From: an uncultured Alphaproteobacteria bacterium
GTDB taxonomy: Bacteria; Pseudomonadota; Alphaproteobacteria; Rhizobiales; Xanthobacteraceae
DNA length: 64,000 bases
Assembly (NCBI GenBank): GCA_963799475.1
Contig: CAWCXD010000006.1
Location: 17,096 to 81,095 of the forward strand
Direction: 5' to 3'
The notes under the pieces are model-generated. The model saw only the letters and a list, made by a program, of their open reading frames with translations. It was not told the origin of the DNA and did not search any database. A program made the translations under genes and the position numbers. Every line of letters begins with the position of its first letter. The stretch's first letter is position 1. Positions 1 to 9,570 of this stretch are shown here, piece by piece.

Positions 1-817
1 CGCGGTGAACAAGGCGCGCTCGACGCTCAATCTTGCTCAGATCGTTGAAAAGCGCGCCAACGACCTTTATGCGGGAAAGGCGGTCCCGCTCAAGGATTGG
101 CAACAGTCACAGGCCGATCTGTCGACAGCTCAGAACGACATGCGGTCGGCTGAGACGGCACTGGAGGCCGCGCATAACAGGCTGCGCATTCTTGGTCGCT
201 CGGAAGAACAGATTGCCACTTTTGAGCAAACGCGGCAGATGAGCGCCGATACTCCGATCGAGTCACCGATCAGTGGAACGGTCATTCAGCGCAAGGTCGG
301 ACCAGGCCAGTTCATCAGCAGCGGTGCAAGCGATCCGGTGTTCGTGATCGGTGATCTTTCGACGGTATGGCTAACAGCCTACGTGCGTGAGACCGAAGCG
401 GCCGATGTCGCGGTCGGCCAGGAGCTTACGTTTTCGCTGCTCGCGTTGCCGGGTAAACAGTTCAAAGCGCGCATCGATTATGTATCGGCCGCGATCGATC
501 CGTCGACGCGTCGGCTTCTCGTCCGCGCCACGATCGACAACAAGAATGGCCTGCTGAAGCCGGAGATGTTCGCCAACGTGACGATCTATTCCGGCGGAAC
601 CAGCCCTGCGGTCGGCGTACCTAAGCAGGCGTTGATCTATGAGGGCGAAAAGGTGCGGCTGTGGGTCGCGCACAACGACAAGTCGATTGAGCTGCGCGAG
701 GTCGAAACCGGCCTGACGAACGGCGATCTGGTCGAGGTGCGCGCCAATCTTGCGCCTGGCGAGAAGGTCGTCACCAAAGGCAGCCTGTTTATCGATCGGG
801 CCGCTACGGGCAGCTAG
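1..817 (+). CDS. RND efflux periplasmic adaptor (CzcB/HlyD-type MFP), 5' truncated by window edge
   Basis: Coiled hairpin, lipoyl-like 'IESPISGTVIQRKVGPGQ', 'LLKPEMFANV'; directly upstream of a CusA-type gene. Confidence 0.9.
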   Translation, partial: AVNKARSTLNLAQIVEKRANDLYAGKAVPLKDWQQSQADLSTAQNDMRSAETALEAAHNRLRILGRSEEQIATFEQTRQMSADTPIESPISGTVIQRKVGPGQFISSGASDPVFVIGDLSTVWLTAYVRETEAADVAVGQELTFSLLALPGKQFKARIDYVSAAIDPSTRRLLVRATIDNKNGLLKPEMFANVTIYSGGTSPAVGVPKQALIYEGEKVRLWVAHNDKSIELREVETGLTNGDLVEVRANLAPGEKVVTKGSLFIDRAATGS

Positions 818-847
818 CCCTCAAGATTTCTCTCGCGATTTGGTATT

Positions 848-3800
848 ATGGATCGTCTCGTCGCTTTTGCCGTCAGTCGTCGTTATCTGATGCTCGGTCT
901 GTTCGCAGCCGTGCTCGTCGGAGGAATTGTTGCATTTCAGCAACTGAATATCGAGGCGTATCCTGATCCGACGCCTCCAATGGTCGACGTAGTCACGCAG
1001 AGCGCGGGGCTCTCCGCCGAGGAGATCGAACGCTACATCACGATTCCGCTGGAGACGCAGGTCGCCGGCATCAAGAATTTGAAGGTGATCCGGACGATTT
1101 CGCTATACGGTCTGTCCGACGTCAAACTGCAGTTCTCCTTCGACTATACTTATGAGGAAGCGCTGCAGCAGGTGTTGAATCGGCTGTCGCAGTTGTCGCC
1201 GCTGCCCAACGGCGCCCAGCCGCAGATTTCGCCGCTCAGCCCGATCGGAGAAATTTATCGATATCGTTTGGTGGGGCCGCCCAATTATTCCGTCCTGGAC
1301 CTCAAGACGATCCAGGACTGGATCCTGCAGCGTCGCTTCCGCGTCGTGCCGGGAGTCATCGACGTCACCGGCTGGGGCGGCAAGACCAAGACCTACGAGC
1401 TTCAGGTTGATTTCAACAAGCTGGTGGCGAACGGCTTGACGCTGTCGCAACTGCTGCAGGCGGTGAACAACGCCAATATCAACGTCGGCGGAAACACCGT
1501 CAACATCGGCGCCCAGTCGGCGGTCGTGCGCGGTGTTGGGCTGATCCGTTCCGTCCACGCGCTTGCCAACACCATGATCTCCTCGAACGGCGGAACACCG
1601 GTGCTCGTGAGGGACGTCGCAACGGTGACCGTCGGCGAGCAGCCGCGGCTTGGAATCGCCGGTAAGGACCAGGATGACGATATCGTTCAAGGTATCGTTT
1701 TGATGCGTCGCGGCGAGAAGAGTTCGCCGACCATCTCCAGGGTCGAGGAACTCGTCGCGAGCATCAATAATTCCAGCATCTTGCCCCCTGGTGTGCGGAT
1801 CGAACGCATCTACGACCGGAAAGATCTGATCGAGACCACCACCCGGACCGTGCTTGAGAATATGGTCGTCGGCATCGGGTTGATCGTCTTCCTGCAATGG
1901 ATATTCCTCGGCGACCTGCGCAGCGCCATGATTGTCGGCGCGACCATTCCATTCGCGCTGTTCTTCGCGGTCGGCATTCTGGTGCTGCGCGGCGAGTCCG
2001 CAAACCTGCTGTCGGTCGGCGCGATCGATTTCGGCCTGATTGTAGACGCTACTGTCATCATGGTCGAAGCCATCTTCCGGCGGTTGGCACATAGCAGGCC
2101 ATTCTCGAGGGGCGAGCGCGCTGCGACTTCGGCCGACGCCGCAATGGAGATGAAACATCATTCCATTCGGACGTCTGCGGCCGACGTCTCGCGTTCGATC
2201 TTTTTTGCGGCTGCCATCATCATTGCGGCGTTCCTGCCGCTGTTCACGTTGAGCGGTGTCGAAGGCAACATCTTCAGTCCGATGGCGCGAACCTACGCTT
2301 ATGCGCTGGCTGGCGGTCTGCTTGCGACGTTCACGATTACGCCCGCGCTCAGCGCGATTATCCTGCCCGCCCACGTCAAGGAAACCGAGACGTTCCTCAT
2401 GCGGCTGCTAAACCGGATTTATGTACCGGTTTTGGTGAGGTCGCTTGCCCACCGTCGGGTCGTTCTGGCGGGCGCGGCGGCATTGGTCGTGATGACCGTC
2501 ATTGCGGTCCGGTTTCTCGGGCTGGAGTTCCTGCCAAAGCTGGAGGAGGGCAATCTCTGGATCCGTGCCACCCTGCCGCCGACGATCTCGCTTGAGGCTG
2601 GCAACTCCTACGTCAATGAGATGCGCAAGATTATCGCGGCTCGGCCCGAAGTGCAGTCGGTCGTGTCACAGCATGGCCGACCGGACGACGGCACCGACGC
2701 TGCGGGCTTCTTCAACGCTGAGTTCTTCGCACCCCTCAAGCCGGCGAAGCAGTGGCCGAAAGGAGAAGACAAAGATCAGCTGACGGCTGAATTGCTTGCC
2801 GAGTTGCAGCGCAAGTTCCCCGGCGTCGAGTTCAACTTCTCGCAATACCTCCAGGACAACGTTTCGGAAGCGGTTTCCGGCGTGAAGGGCGAGAATTCCA
2901 TCAAGCTGTACGGCAACGACCTGCAGGTGCTCACCGACACCGCCAACAAGATCAAGGCTGTGCTGGCCACGGTTCAGGGCGTGACTGATCTCGCGGTGTT
3001 TACCTCGCTTGGTCAGCCCACGATCCAGATCGATGTCGATCGCGCGCGCGCCGCCCGCTATGGACTGTCTCCCGGCGACATCAACACCACCATCCGAACC
3101 GCAATCGGTGGCGACAGCGCGGGGGATCTCTATGAGCCCGGCAGCGATCGTCACTTTCCGATCGTGGTTCGGTTGGCGCCTGAGTTTCGTCAAAATGCGG
3201 AAGTGATCCAGAACTTGCGGATCGGCGCGCAAGGCCCGAACGGCGTCACGCAAGTACCGTTGAGCGAGGTCGCAACGATCAAGCTAGTCTCCGGTGCGGC
3301 GTACATTTACCGTGAACAGCAGGAGCGGTATCTCCCGATCAAGTTCTCGGTGCGCGAACGCGACCTCGGCAGCGCTATCAAGGAAGCGCAGGAGAAGGTC
3401 GCGGCTCAGGTTCAATTGCCGCCGGGCTCACACCTCGAATGGGTTGGCGAATTCGGTAACCTGCAGGACGCCATTCACCGGTTGTCGATCGTAGTGCCGA
3501 TCAGCCTGGCGCTGATCGCGTTGTTGATCTGGTTCAACTTCGGCTCGATCGTCGATACGGCTCTCACCATGAGCGTGATACCGATGGCGGTATTTGGCGG
3601 CATTCTCGGGCTGCTTGTTACCGGTATTCCGTTCAGCGTCTCCGCGGCGATCGGCTTCATCGCGCTGTTCGGCATCTCCGTGATGGACGGGATCATCATC
3701 CTCTCGCAATACAACCAACTCATCGATCAAGGCGTGGAGCGCAGCAAGGCGATCCTGCAAACCGGCAAGCTTCAGCTCCGTCCGGTGCTGATGACCTGCG

Positions 3801-4006
3801 TCGTCGCTGGCATAGGGTTGTTGCCCGCGGCGGTCTCATCGGGGATCGGCTCCCAGGTGCAGAAGCCGCTGGCGATCGTGGTGGTGTTCGGCATGATGCT
3901 GGCGCCTGTCGTCATCCTCATCACGTTGCCGGCGCTGATTTCGATGTTCTCGCGGCGGCGCCGGCCCGAGGTGGTTCCGGAAGGCCAACTGGCGCCGGCG
4001 GAATGA
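848..4006 (+). CDS. CusA/CzcA-family heavy-metal RND efflux transporter
   Basis: 1052 aa; 'IEAYPD', 'GAIDFGLIVD', 'LRPVLMT', 'GIGSQVQKPLAIVVVFG' motifs typical of HME-RND pumps. Confidence 0.93.
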   Translation: MDRLVAFAVSRRYLMLGLFAAVLVGGIVAFQQLNIEAYPDPTPPMVDVVTQSAGLSAEEIERYITIPLETQVAGIKNLKVIRTISLYGLSDVKLQFSFDYTYEEALQQVLNRLSQLSPLPNGAQPQISPLSPIGEIYRYRLVGPPNYSVLDLKTIQDWILQRRFRVVPGVIDVTGWGGKTKTYELQVDFNKLVANGLTLSQLLQAVNNANINVGGNTVNIGAQSAVVRGVGLIRSVHALANTMISSNGGTPVLVRDVATVTVGEQPRLGIAGKDQDDDIVQGIVLMRRGEKSSPTISRVEELVASINNSSILPPGVRIERIYDRKDLIETTTRTVLENMVVGIGLIVFLQWIFLGDLRSAMIVGATIPFALFFAVGILVLRGESANLLSVGAIDFGLIVDATVIMVEAIFRRLAHSRPFSRGERAATSADAAMEMKHHSIRTSAADVSRSIFFAAAIIIAAFLPLFTLSGVEGNIFSPMARTYAYALAGGLLATFTITPALSAIILPAHVKETETFLMRLLNRIYVPVLVRSLAHRRVVLAGAAALVVMTVIAVRFLGLEFLPKLEEGNLWIRATLPPTISLEAGNSYVNEMRKIIAARPEVQSVVSQHGRPDDGTDAAGFFNAEFFAPLKPAKQWPKGEDKDQLTAELLAELQRKFPGVEFNFSQYLQDNVSEAVSGVKGENSIKLYGNDLQVLTDTANKIKAVLATVQGVTDLAVFTSLGQPTIQIDVDRARAARYGLSPGDINTTIRTAIGGDSAGDLYEPGSDRHFPIVVRLAPEFRQNAEVIQNLRIGAQGPNGVTQVPLSEVATIKLVSGAAYIYREQQERYLPIKFSVRERDLGSAIKEAQEKVAAQVQLPPGSHLEWVGEFGNLQDAIHRLSIVVPISLALIALLIWFNFGSIVDTALTMSVIPMAVFGGILGLLVTGIPFSVSAAIGFIALFGISVMDGIIILSQYNQLIDQGVERSKAILQTGKLQLRPVLMTCVVAGIGLLPAAVSSGIGSQVQKPLAIVVVFGMMLAPVVILITLPALISMFSRRRRPEVVPEGQLAPAE

Positions 4007-4031
4007 TGAGCGAACGTGTTGATCGAGGTCG

Positions 4032-5462
4032 ATGGTGAGTAGTTTCGTGCCCAACGGCATCGCGTTTGCCCGCAGCAAGAGGGCGTTGTCCAGATTCTCG
4101 CTGGCGGCTTCCGCGGTCGCCTTGATGCTGGGCAACCCGGCGTCGGCCGCCGCCGAGTCATTATCGGACGCCTTGGTGAAGGCCTATCAATCGAACCCTC
4201 AAATCAACGCCGAGCGCGCGCGCCAGCGCGGCACCGACGAAAATGTGCCGCAGGCATTGGCCGGCTACCGGCCGCAGGTGGTCGCAAACCTTGGCGCCGG
4301 CTTGCAGGCGGTTCGCGACCTGTTGCCCGGCAATACGATCCAGGGCGCGACGCTGCATCCCTGGACAATCGGTGTCACCGTCACCCAGGTTCTATTCAAT
4401 GGCTTTAAAACCGCAAACAGCGTTCGTGTTGCGGAACTGCAGGTGAAATCAGGGCGCGAGGCGCTTCGCAACGTCGGGCAGGGTGTGCTCCTGGACGCGG
4501 TAACGGCTTATATGGATGTCATCGCAAACCAGGCGCTGCTCGCGGCACAGCAAACCAACGTTGCAGTGCTGCGCGAGATTCTGGCCACGACGCGCAAGCG
4601 TCTGGATGCTGGCGACGTCACGCCGACCGATACGGCGCAGGCCGAAGCGCGGCTGAACCGAGGTTTGGCCGATCTCAACGCGGCCGACGTGGCGCTTGCC
4701 GTCAGCAAGGCGACCTACACGCAGGTGATCGGCGAGCCTCCATCCCAACTGCTCGCCGCCGCTCCGGTCGATCGGCTCTCGCCCGATGGACTGCCTGCGG
4801 CGACAGAAGCTGCGACCCATCAACATCCCGCCGTTGTGGCCGCCGGTTTCGACGTCGACGTTGCTCAAACCACGATCAAAGTGGCGGAGAGCAGCCTGCT
4901 GCCCACGGTGTCGGCGCAGGGCAACGTCAGCCGGTCAAGGGATTCGGACCCTTCATTGAGCACATTCGCGACGGATCAGGCCTCGATCATGGGGCAGATC
5001 AATGTGCCGATCTACGACGGCGGCACGGCAGCCTCGCAGACCCGGCAGGCCAAGGAATTGGCGTCGCAAAGCCGACTGGTGCTGGAGCAGGTCCGAAACC
5101 AGGCGCGAACCGCCGTTGCCAGCGCGTGGGTGACCAATGAAGGGACCAAAGTCGCCCTCACGGCCGCGGAGTCTGAAGCACGTGCGGCAAGCGTTGCGCT
5201 TGAGGGCGTCAGGCGGGAAGCGCAAGGGGGCCAACGGACCACGATCGACGTTCTCAATGCGCAGCAGGATCTGACCAGCGCCCGATCACGGCAGATTCAG
5301 GCACAGCACGACCGGGTGATCGCGTCCTACACGTTGCTTAGCGCCGTCGGAAGGCTCGATGTGCAAGTGCTGAAGCTCAATACGCCGGACTATCTGCCGG
5401 AGGTTCACTACAACCAGGTCAGGGATGCTTGGCACGGCGTTCGAACGCCGTCCGGCCAATAG
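4032..5462 (+). CDS. TolC-family outer membrane efflux protein
   Basis: Signal peptide, 'AYQSNPQINAERA', 'GQRTTIDVLNAQQDL' OEP repeats; third gene of the RND operon. Confidence 0.9.
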   Translation: MVSSFVPNGIAFARSKRALSRFSLAASAVALMLGNPASAAAESLSDALVKAYQSNPQINAERARQRGTDENVPQALAGYRPQVVANLGAGLQAVRDLLPGNTIQGATLHPWTIGVTVTQVLFNGFKTANSVRVAELQVKSGREALRNVGQGVLLDAVTAYMDVIANQALLAAQQTNVAVLREILATTRKRLDAGDVTPTDTAQAEARLNRGLADLNAADVALAVSKATYTQVIGEPPSQLLAAAPVDRLSPDGLPAATEAATHQHPAVVAAGFDVDVAQTTIKVAESSLLPTVSAQGNVSRSRDSDPSLSTFATDQASIMGQINVPIYDGGTAASQTRQAKELASQSRLVLEQVRNQARTAVASAWVTNEGTKVALTAAESEARAASVALEGVRREAQGGQRTTIDVLNAQQDLTSARSRQIQAQHDRVIASYTLLSAVGRLDVQVLKLNTPDYLPEVHYNQVRDAWHGVRTPSGQ

Positions 5463-5491
5463 CGATCCGTTTGCAAGGGAGCAACAGCCTG

Positions 5492-5744
5492 ATGCGCAGG
5501 GTGGTCGCCGTCAAAACTGTCGCAATTGCTGTCACCCTAGCGACGTCGCTGGCGGCGCCTGTTTATTCGCAGGGCATCGGCAAGAAGGTCGGGGGATCGG
5601 CATATCCGGTCGATGACCATCTCAAGGTCGACGAGAAGGCCTACAAGTCCGCGCTTGATCGAATACCGGAGTTCTGACAAGAAGTATGATCCCTGGGGTG
5701 TTGCGCGGCCAGCCGAGCCGGCGAAGGGCAAGAAATCCAACTGA
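5492..5744 (+). pseudogene. Small secreted protein with an apparent 1-nt frameshift (or sequencing error) at ~5669-5674
   Basis: Signal-like N-terminus; ORF stops at 5677, but removing one T from GAGTTC gives ...IPESDKKYDPWGVARPAEPAKGKKSN* ending 5744. Confidence 0.55.
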
Positions 5745-6154
5745 GGTTTCCATATTCCGGGTGCGGCAGGGCAAGCACGTCAGAGTGATGACGGAGATTT
5801 AGCGCGCGCGATGACGATCTCGCTCGCGGGGGAGCGCAGCGTTCAGGACTTCTCGCGCAAGAAAGCATGATCGCGCTTTTTATTTAAATGCAGGAAACTG
5901 CCGGCACCTCGGCTTCTCGACGGCGCTTGTCGGCAGGCCGACGCATTCCGCCGCACGGACCCGTACATGTTACCCCGGCGGTTTTTGCTGACGGATGGCC
6001 GACGCGAATCATATAAGGTTGTGTTTAGGCGCGTAAGCAATTGCACCGCTAACCGAGAGCGGCTCTGATCCTATGAGACTTGGCTGACATCGACCCAGCG
6101 GCGCCGCATTTTTGCCACATAGTGGCGTGGATCCACATAGGCGGGGGAATTCGG

Positions 6155-6883
6155 ATGAACACGAAAAAATACATCGCGGAGATCATTGGTACATTTTGGC
6201 TGACCTTTGCGGGGTGCGGCAGCGCAGTCATCGCCGCCGCTTTTCCGCAGGTCGGCATTGGTCTGGTCGGCGTATCACTGGCGTTCGGATTGAGCGTTGT
6301 GACCATGGCCTACGCGATCGGGCATATCTCGGGTTGTCACCTCAATCCCGCGGTGACCGTCGGTCTCGCCGCGGGGGGACGTTTCCCTGCCGGGCAGATC
6401 CTGCCTTACATAATAGCGCAAGTCGTCGGCGCCATTTTAGCCGCGGCGTTGCTGTATGTGATCGCAAGCGGCGCGGCGGGATTCGATGTCAGCAAGGGCT
6501 TTGCAGCCAATGGCTATGACGCGCATTCGCCCGGCCAATACAGCATGATATCGTGCTTCATCATGGAAGTCGTGATGACCATGATGTTCCTATTTGTCAT
6601 CATGGGCGCGACACATGGTAAAGCACCGGCGGGGTTTGCCCCACTCGCGATCGGGCTGGCGCTGGTGATGATCCATCTGGTCAGCATTCCCGTCACCAAC
6701 ACGTCGGTCAATCCGGCGCGCAGCACGGGTCCCGCGCTGTTTGTCGGTGGTTGGGCATTGGCTCAGCTCTGGATGTTCTGGGTGGCGCCGCTCATCGGCG
6801 GCGTGCTGGGCGGAGTGGTGTATCGTTGGCTGAGCGATGATCCCGCTGGCATCGTGGAAGGTGATACGGTCGCCGCCCGGTAA
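6155..6883 (+). CDS. aqpZ: Aquaporin Z
   Basis: Two NPA boxes ([21 protein letters not shown]), '[18 protein letters not shown]'. Confidence 0.95.
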   Translation: MNTKKYIAEIIGTFWLTFAGCGSAVIAAAFPQVGIGLVGVSLAFGLSVVTMAYAIGHISGCHLNPAVTVGLAAGGRFPAGQILPYIIAQVVGAILAAALLYVIASGAAGFDVSKGFAANGYDAHSPGQYSMISCFIMEVVMTMMFLFVIMGATHGKAPAGFAPLAIGLALVMIHLVSIPVTNTSVNPARSTGPALFVGGWALAQLWMFWVAPLIGGVLGGVVYRWLSDDPAGIVEGDTVAAR

Positions 6884-6974
6884 GCGACCGCTACGTCGCC
6901 CCGCAGGGCGATTGACGATAACTCTCGAGCTCTTCACGCCTGCAAGCCGCGGGCGTGATTGGCCCCAGCATTGG

Positions 6975-7109
6975 CTATTTCTTTTTGCTGGGGCTGATCG
7001 TCGGCTGCCAACCGGCACCCTTTTGGCTTGGTGCCGCAGCAATTGTCTTGATCTTCTCTTTTTTCGGTTTCTTGGCTTCCCGATTGTTTCGTTGTTCGCC
7101 CTTGGCCAT
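6975..7109 (-). CDS. Small basic hypothetical protein (MAKGEQRNNREAKKPKK...)
   Basis: 44-aa Lys-rich ORF, GGAG-type RBS upstream; resembles a conserved proteobacterial small-protein family. Confidence 0.6.
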   Translation of the reverse strand: MAKGEQRNNREAKKPKKEKIKTIAAAPSQKGAGWQPTISPSKKK

Positions 7110-7550
7110 GCCAGTTCTCCCTGGGTTTGATGACGACGCGCCGTGAAAATTCAGAAATTTCAGATCGAGGCCGAGCAAATCGCTGCCGTGATCGCGCTCT
7201 CGATTTTCTAAGAATACGGTTGGCCCTTACGGGGGCGGCCAGCAGGACTCGTGTCGGGGCATGATGCGCCCTTTCTTACCGGATGGCTACGCATTAGTTC
7301 GGGGCCAGCCGTACGCGAGGCGGCGAGGGACTGTATGGGTGCGGTTATCGCCATACCGGAGCTAGCCCCTCCTAGCGCTGAGCCGGAGCCCGACCTGTCG
7401 GGAGGCCCCAGCTGTCGTGATAGACATATCCCGCTCCGGATCATAAACTGAACGTCGAAGTCAGAGTGGGCCATATTGTCGCCGTGGCGGCGGTATCAGT
7501 AAGCCGCGATGTGAACCAGACGACGATTGGTCGAACCACGGGGACGAGCA

Positions 7551-7847
7551 ATGCAAATCAGGCTTTTGGCTGCTGCGGCAATCCTGCTGTCGGTTTCGGC
7601 GTCATCATTCGCCGCGGATATGGATGTCCGTCACCGTCACCACCGCCACGCCCAAAGCGCCGACAGTATTTACATGCACAATTTCGGCCCGCCCGAAGGC
7701 TATCCGGGGACGGGAGCTCCGCCCGATCGCGTGGTCTATCCGGTCACCGGCCAGCCGTACGGGATCTACGATGGTTTCGATCGGTTTTGCGGCCAGTCGT
7801 CCGCAACTTATAGGGGCCAAGATGGCCGGCGCCATCCCTGTAACTAG
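7551..7847 (+). CDS. Small secreted hypothetical protein (C-terminal C...GQDGRRHPC)
   Basis: Signal peptide MQIRLLAAAAILLSVSASSFA; Cys pair at the C-terminus. Confidence 0.65.
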   Translation: MQIRLLAAAAILLSVSASSFAADMDVRHRHHRHAQSADSIYMHNFGPPEGYPGTGAPPDRVVYPVTGQPYGIYDGFDRFCGQSSATYRGQDGRRHPCN

Positions 7848-7887
7848 GCGTAAACCCTAACCGTTGGTGTCCCCAAGGCGGCGACAG

Positions 7888-8082
7888 TCATCGGGCCGGC
7901 TCAATCGTGTTGCAGTTGGTGCGACCCGACATCAGGCAATCTTGCATCTTGCTGGCTGCAGTCAGCTCGTGCGCCAGCCAAAGCCCAAGCCCCAGCAGCA
8001 CCACTGCGATGGCGAGTCCGGCAATCGCCGGTCGCCGGCTGTCATTTTGACGCCGGCTTTCGCGAGTTTTGGGGTCATTCAT
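7888..8082 (-). CDS. Small single-TM hypothetical protein (C-terminal CLMSGRTNC)
   Basis: One hydrophobic helix plus Cys pair; starts 13 bp after the dehydrogenase stop, same strand. Confidence 0.6.
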   Translation of the reverse strand: MNDPKTRESRRQNDSRRPAIAGLAIAVVLLGLGLWLAHELTAASKMQDCLMSGRTNCNTIEPAR

Positions 8083-8094
8083 CGCAAAGTCTCT

Positions 8095-9558
8095 TTATGA
8101 TTGTTCCGGCAAGGGGCGACCGATTGCAAATTGACCGACCGGGCCCTCGACGTGAAATTCGATCCCGGTCATCTTCGCGAACAGATCGATGTTGTTGCTG
8201 CCAATCGCGCATCCGCCGAGTCCCATGTCGGTCGCCATCATATAGAGCGTTTGGGTCAATACGCCGACGTTTTTCAGGATCAGCGAATAGGCGATGGAAC
8301 TGTACTTCCAGGACATGCGGTGAAACCGCGCCGCGATCGTGATCAGGATTTGTGGCGCGCCAGGCGCGTCCATCGCAAATTCCGCCGCGGCCAACGACGC
8401 TTCGAAATCGTGCGAGCGCACGTTGATCGGCACCAGCGCGTGACGGTCAGCATCGTAATGATAGAAGCCCTGTGGCAGTCCTTCGCAGTTGGTGACGGCG
8501 ACATATAGCTCGAGCTCGTAGCTGCTGCCGCCGGAGGGATAGGGCCTCGTCGTATAAGCGATGACAGGCCCGCCATTGCCAAGGTCCAGCTTGCTTTTCC
8601 ATCGTGACTGGATGCGCGCGGCGCTATCGAGAAACCGCGAAAGCTCGGCCAGCGTAATCGGCTGGTTGTCGTCGAAGCTTCGCGTCGAATGGCGCTCGCG
8701 CAATAGCTTTGCGATCGGTGAAATCTGCGGCGAAGCCGTCAAGAGCTTGCGCAGATCGATGGCCTTACCGGGCCAGCGCGGTCGTATCGCGGGCGGCGGG
8801 GGCATGACACCAGCGTAGGGGTAAAGCCCGCCCAAAGGATTGGCTTGGCGACCTTCCGTGCTGTGCGTGTGGAACAGAAGGTCGTGAAAATCCCAAAGCA
8901 CGAAGTTGTCGTCACCTTCGTTCGCACGCAGCCCATCGTCGCCGGCGGCGTCAACCTTGAACAGGATCTGACAATCCAACAGCAGGCTTAGAAGTTGAGT
9001 GCCGGGGAAGCCGCTTTGCCGTCGGAGCTTGTTGAGTGTTTGCGGCGTCGAGAGCTGCGTGAGGGCACCCGCGATGTTCGGATCGTAAATCCTGAACAAC
9101 GCCCCGGCGCGCGGCGATTCCAAAACCATCTCACTGCCGCGCCGCCGCAAATAAGCAAATCGCGAGAGAACGATCCTATCGCCGCGTTCGACTTTCGGCA
9201 TTCGCGGCCAATAGTCGGCTACTTGCGGTTCGATGGCGACCAGGTCGTCGCCCTTGAGTGGATCAACGAGCAGGTACTCCAAAAGACCGCGCCGCGCCAA
9301 GCGCCGGACCAACACATCGATTTCCTTGTCGACGGGATTGTCGTCGGCCGCAAACGAGTCGAGCCGCAGGCCCTCGCGCAGTTGCCGCGCGCGACGCACG
9401 GCATCGGCGCTGTATTTGCCCAGCTCGACCGAATAACCCTCGAAGCGAGCGAACAGGTCACTGTCCGCACCTGACTCAAGCGAGATATTCGCGCTGAGCC
9501 TGGCGGAGATAGCGGCTGGCGCGATCCGCTGCGCTGTTTTTTTTCGGGGAGCGCGCAC
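8095..9558 (-). CDS. SagB/ThcOx-family FMN-dependent azoline dehydrogenase with N-terminal RRE-like domains
   Basis: 'LLFHTHSTEGR', 'RERHSTRSF', 'RPYPSGGSSYELELY', 'WKYSSIAYSLILKNVG' nitroreductase-fold motifs; directly downstream of YcaO. Confidence 0.9.
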   Translation of the reverse strand: MRAPRKKTAQRIAPAAISARLSANISLESGADSDLFARFEGYSVELGKYSADAVRRARQLREGLRLDSFAADDNPVDKEIDVLVRRLARRGLLEYLLVDPLKGDDLVAIEPQVADYWPRMPKVERGDRIVLSRFAYLRRRGSEMVLESPRAGALFRIYDPNIAGALTQLSTPQTLNKLRRQSGFPGTQLLSLLLDCQILFKVDAAGDDGLRANEGDDNFVLWDFHDLLFHTHSTEGRQANPLGGLYPYAGVMPPPPAIRPRWPGKAIDLRKLLTASPQISPIAKLLRERHSTRSFDDNQPITLAELSRFLDSAARIQSRWKSKLDLGNGGPVIAYTTRPYPSGGSSYELELYVAVTNCEGLPQGFYHYDADRHALVPINVRSHDFEASLAAAEFAMDAPGAPQILITIAARFHRMSWKYSSIAYSLILKNVGVLTQTLYMMATDMGLGGCAIGSNNIDLFAKMTGIEFHVEGPVGQFAIGRPLPEQS

Positions 9559-9570
9559 GCCGACACCGCC

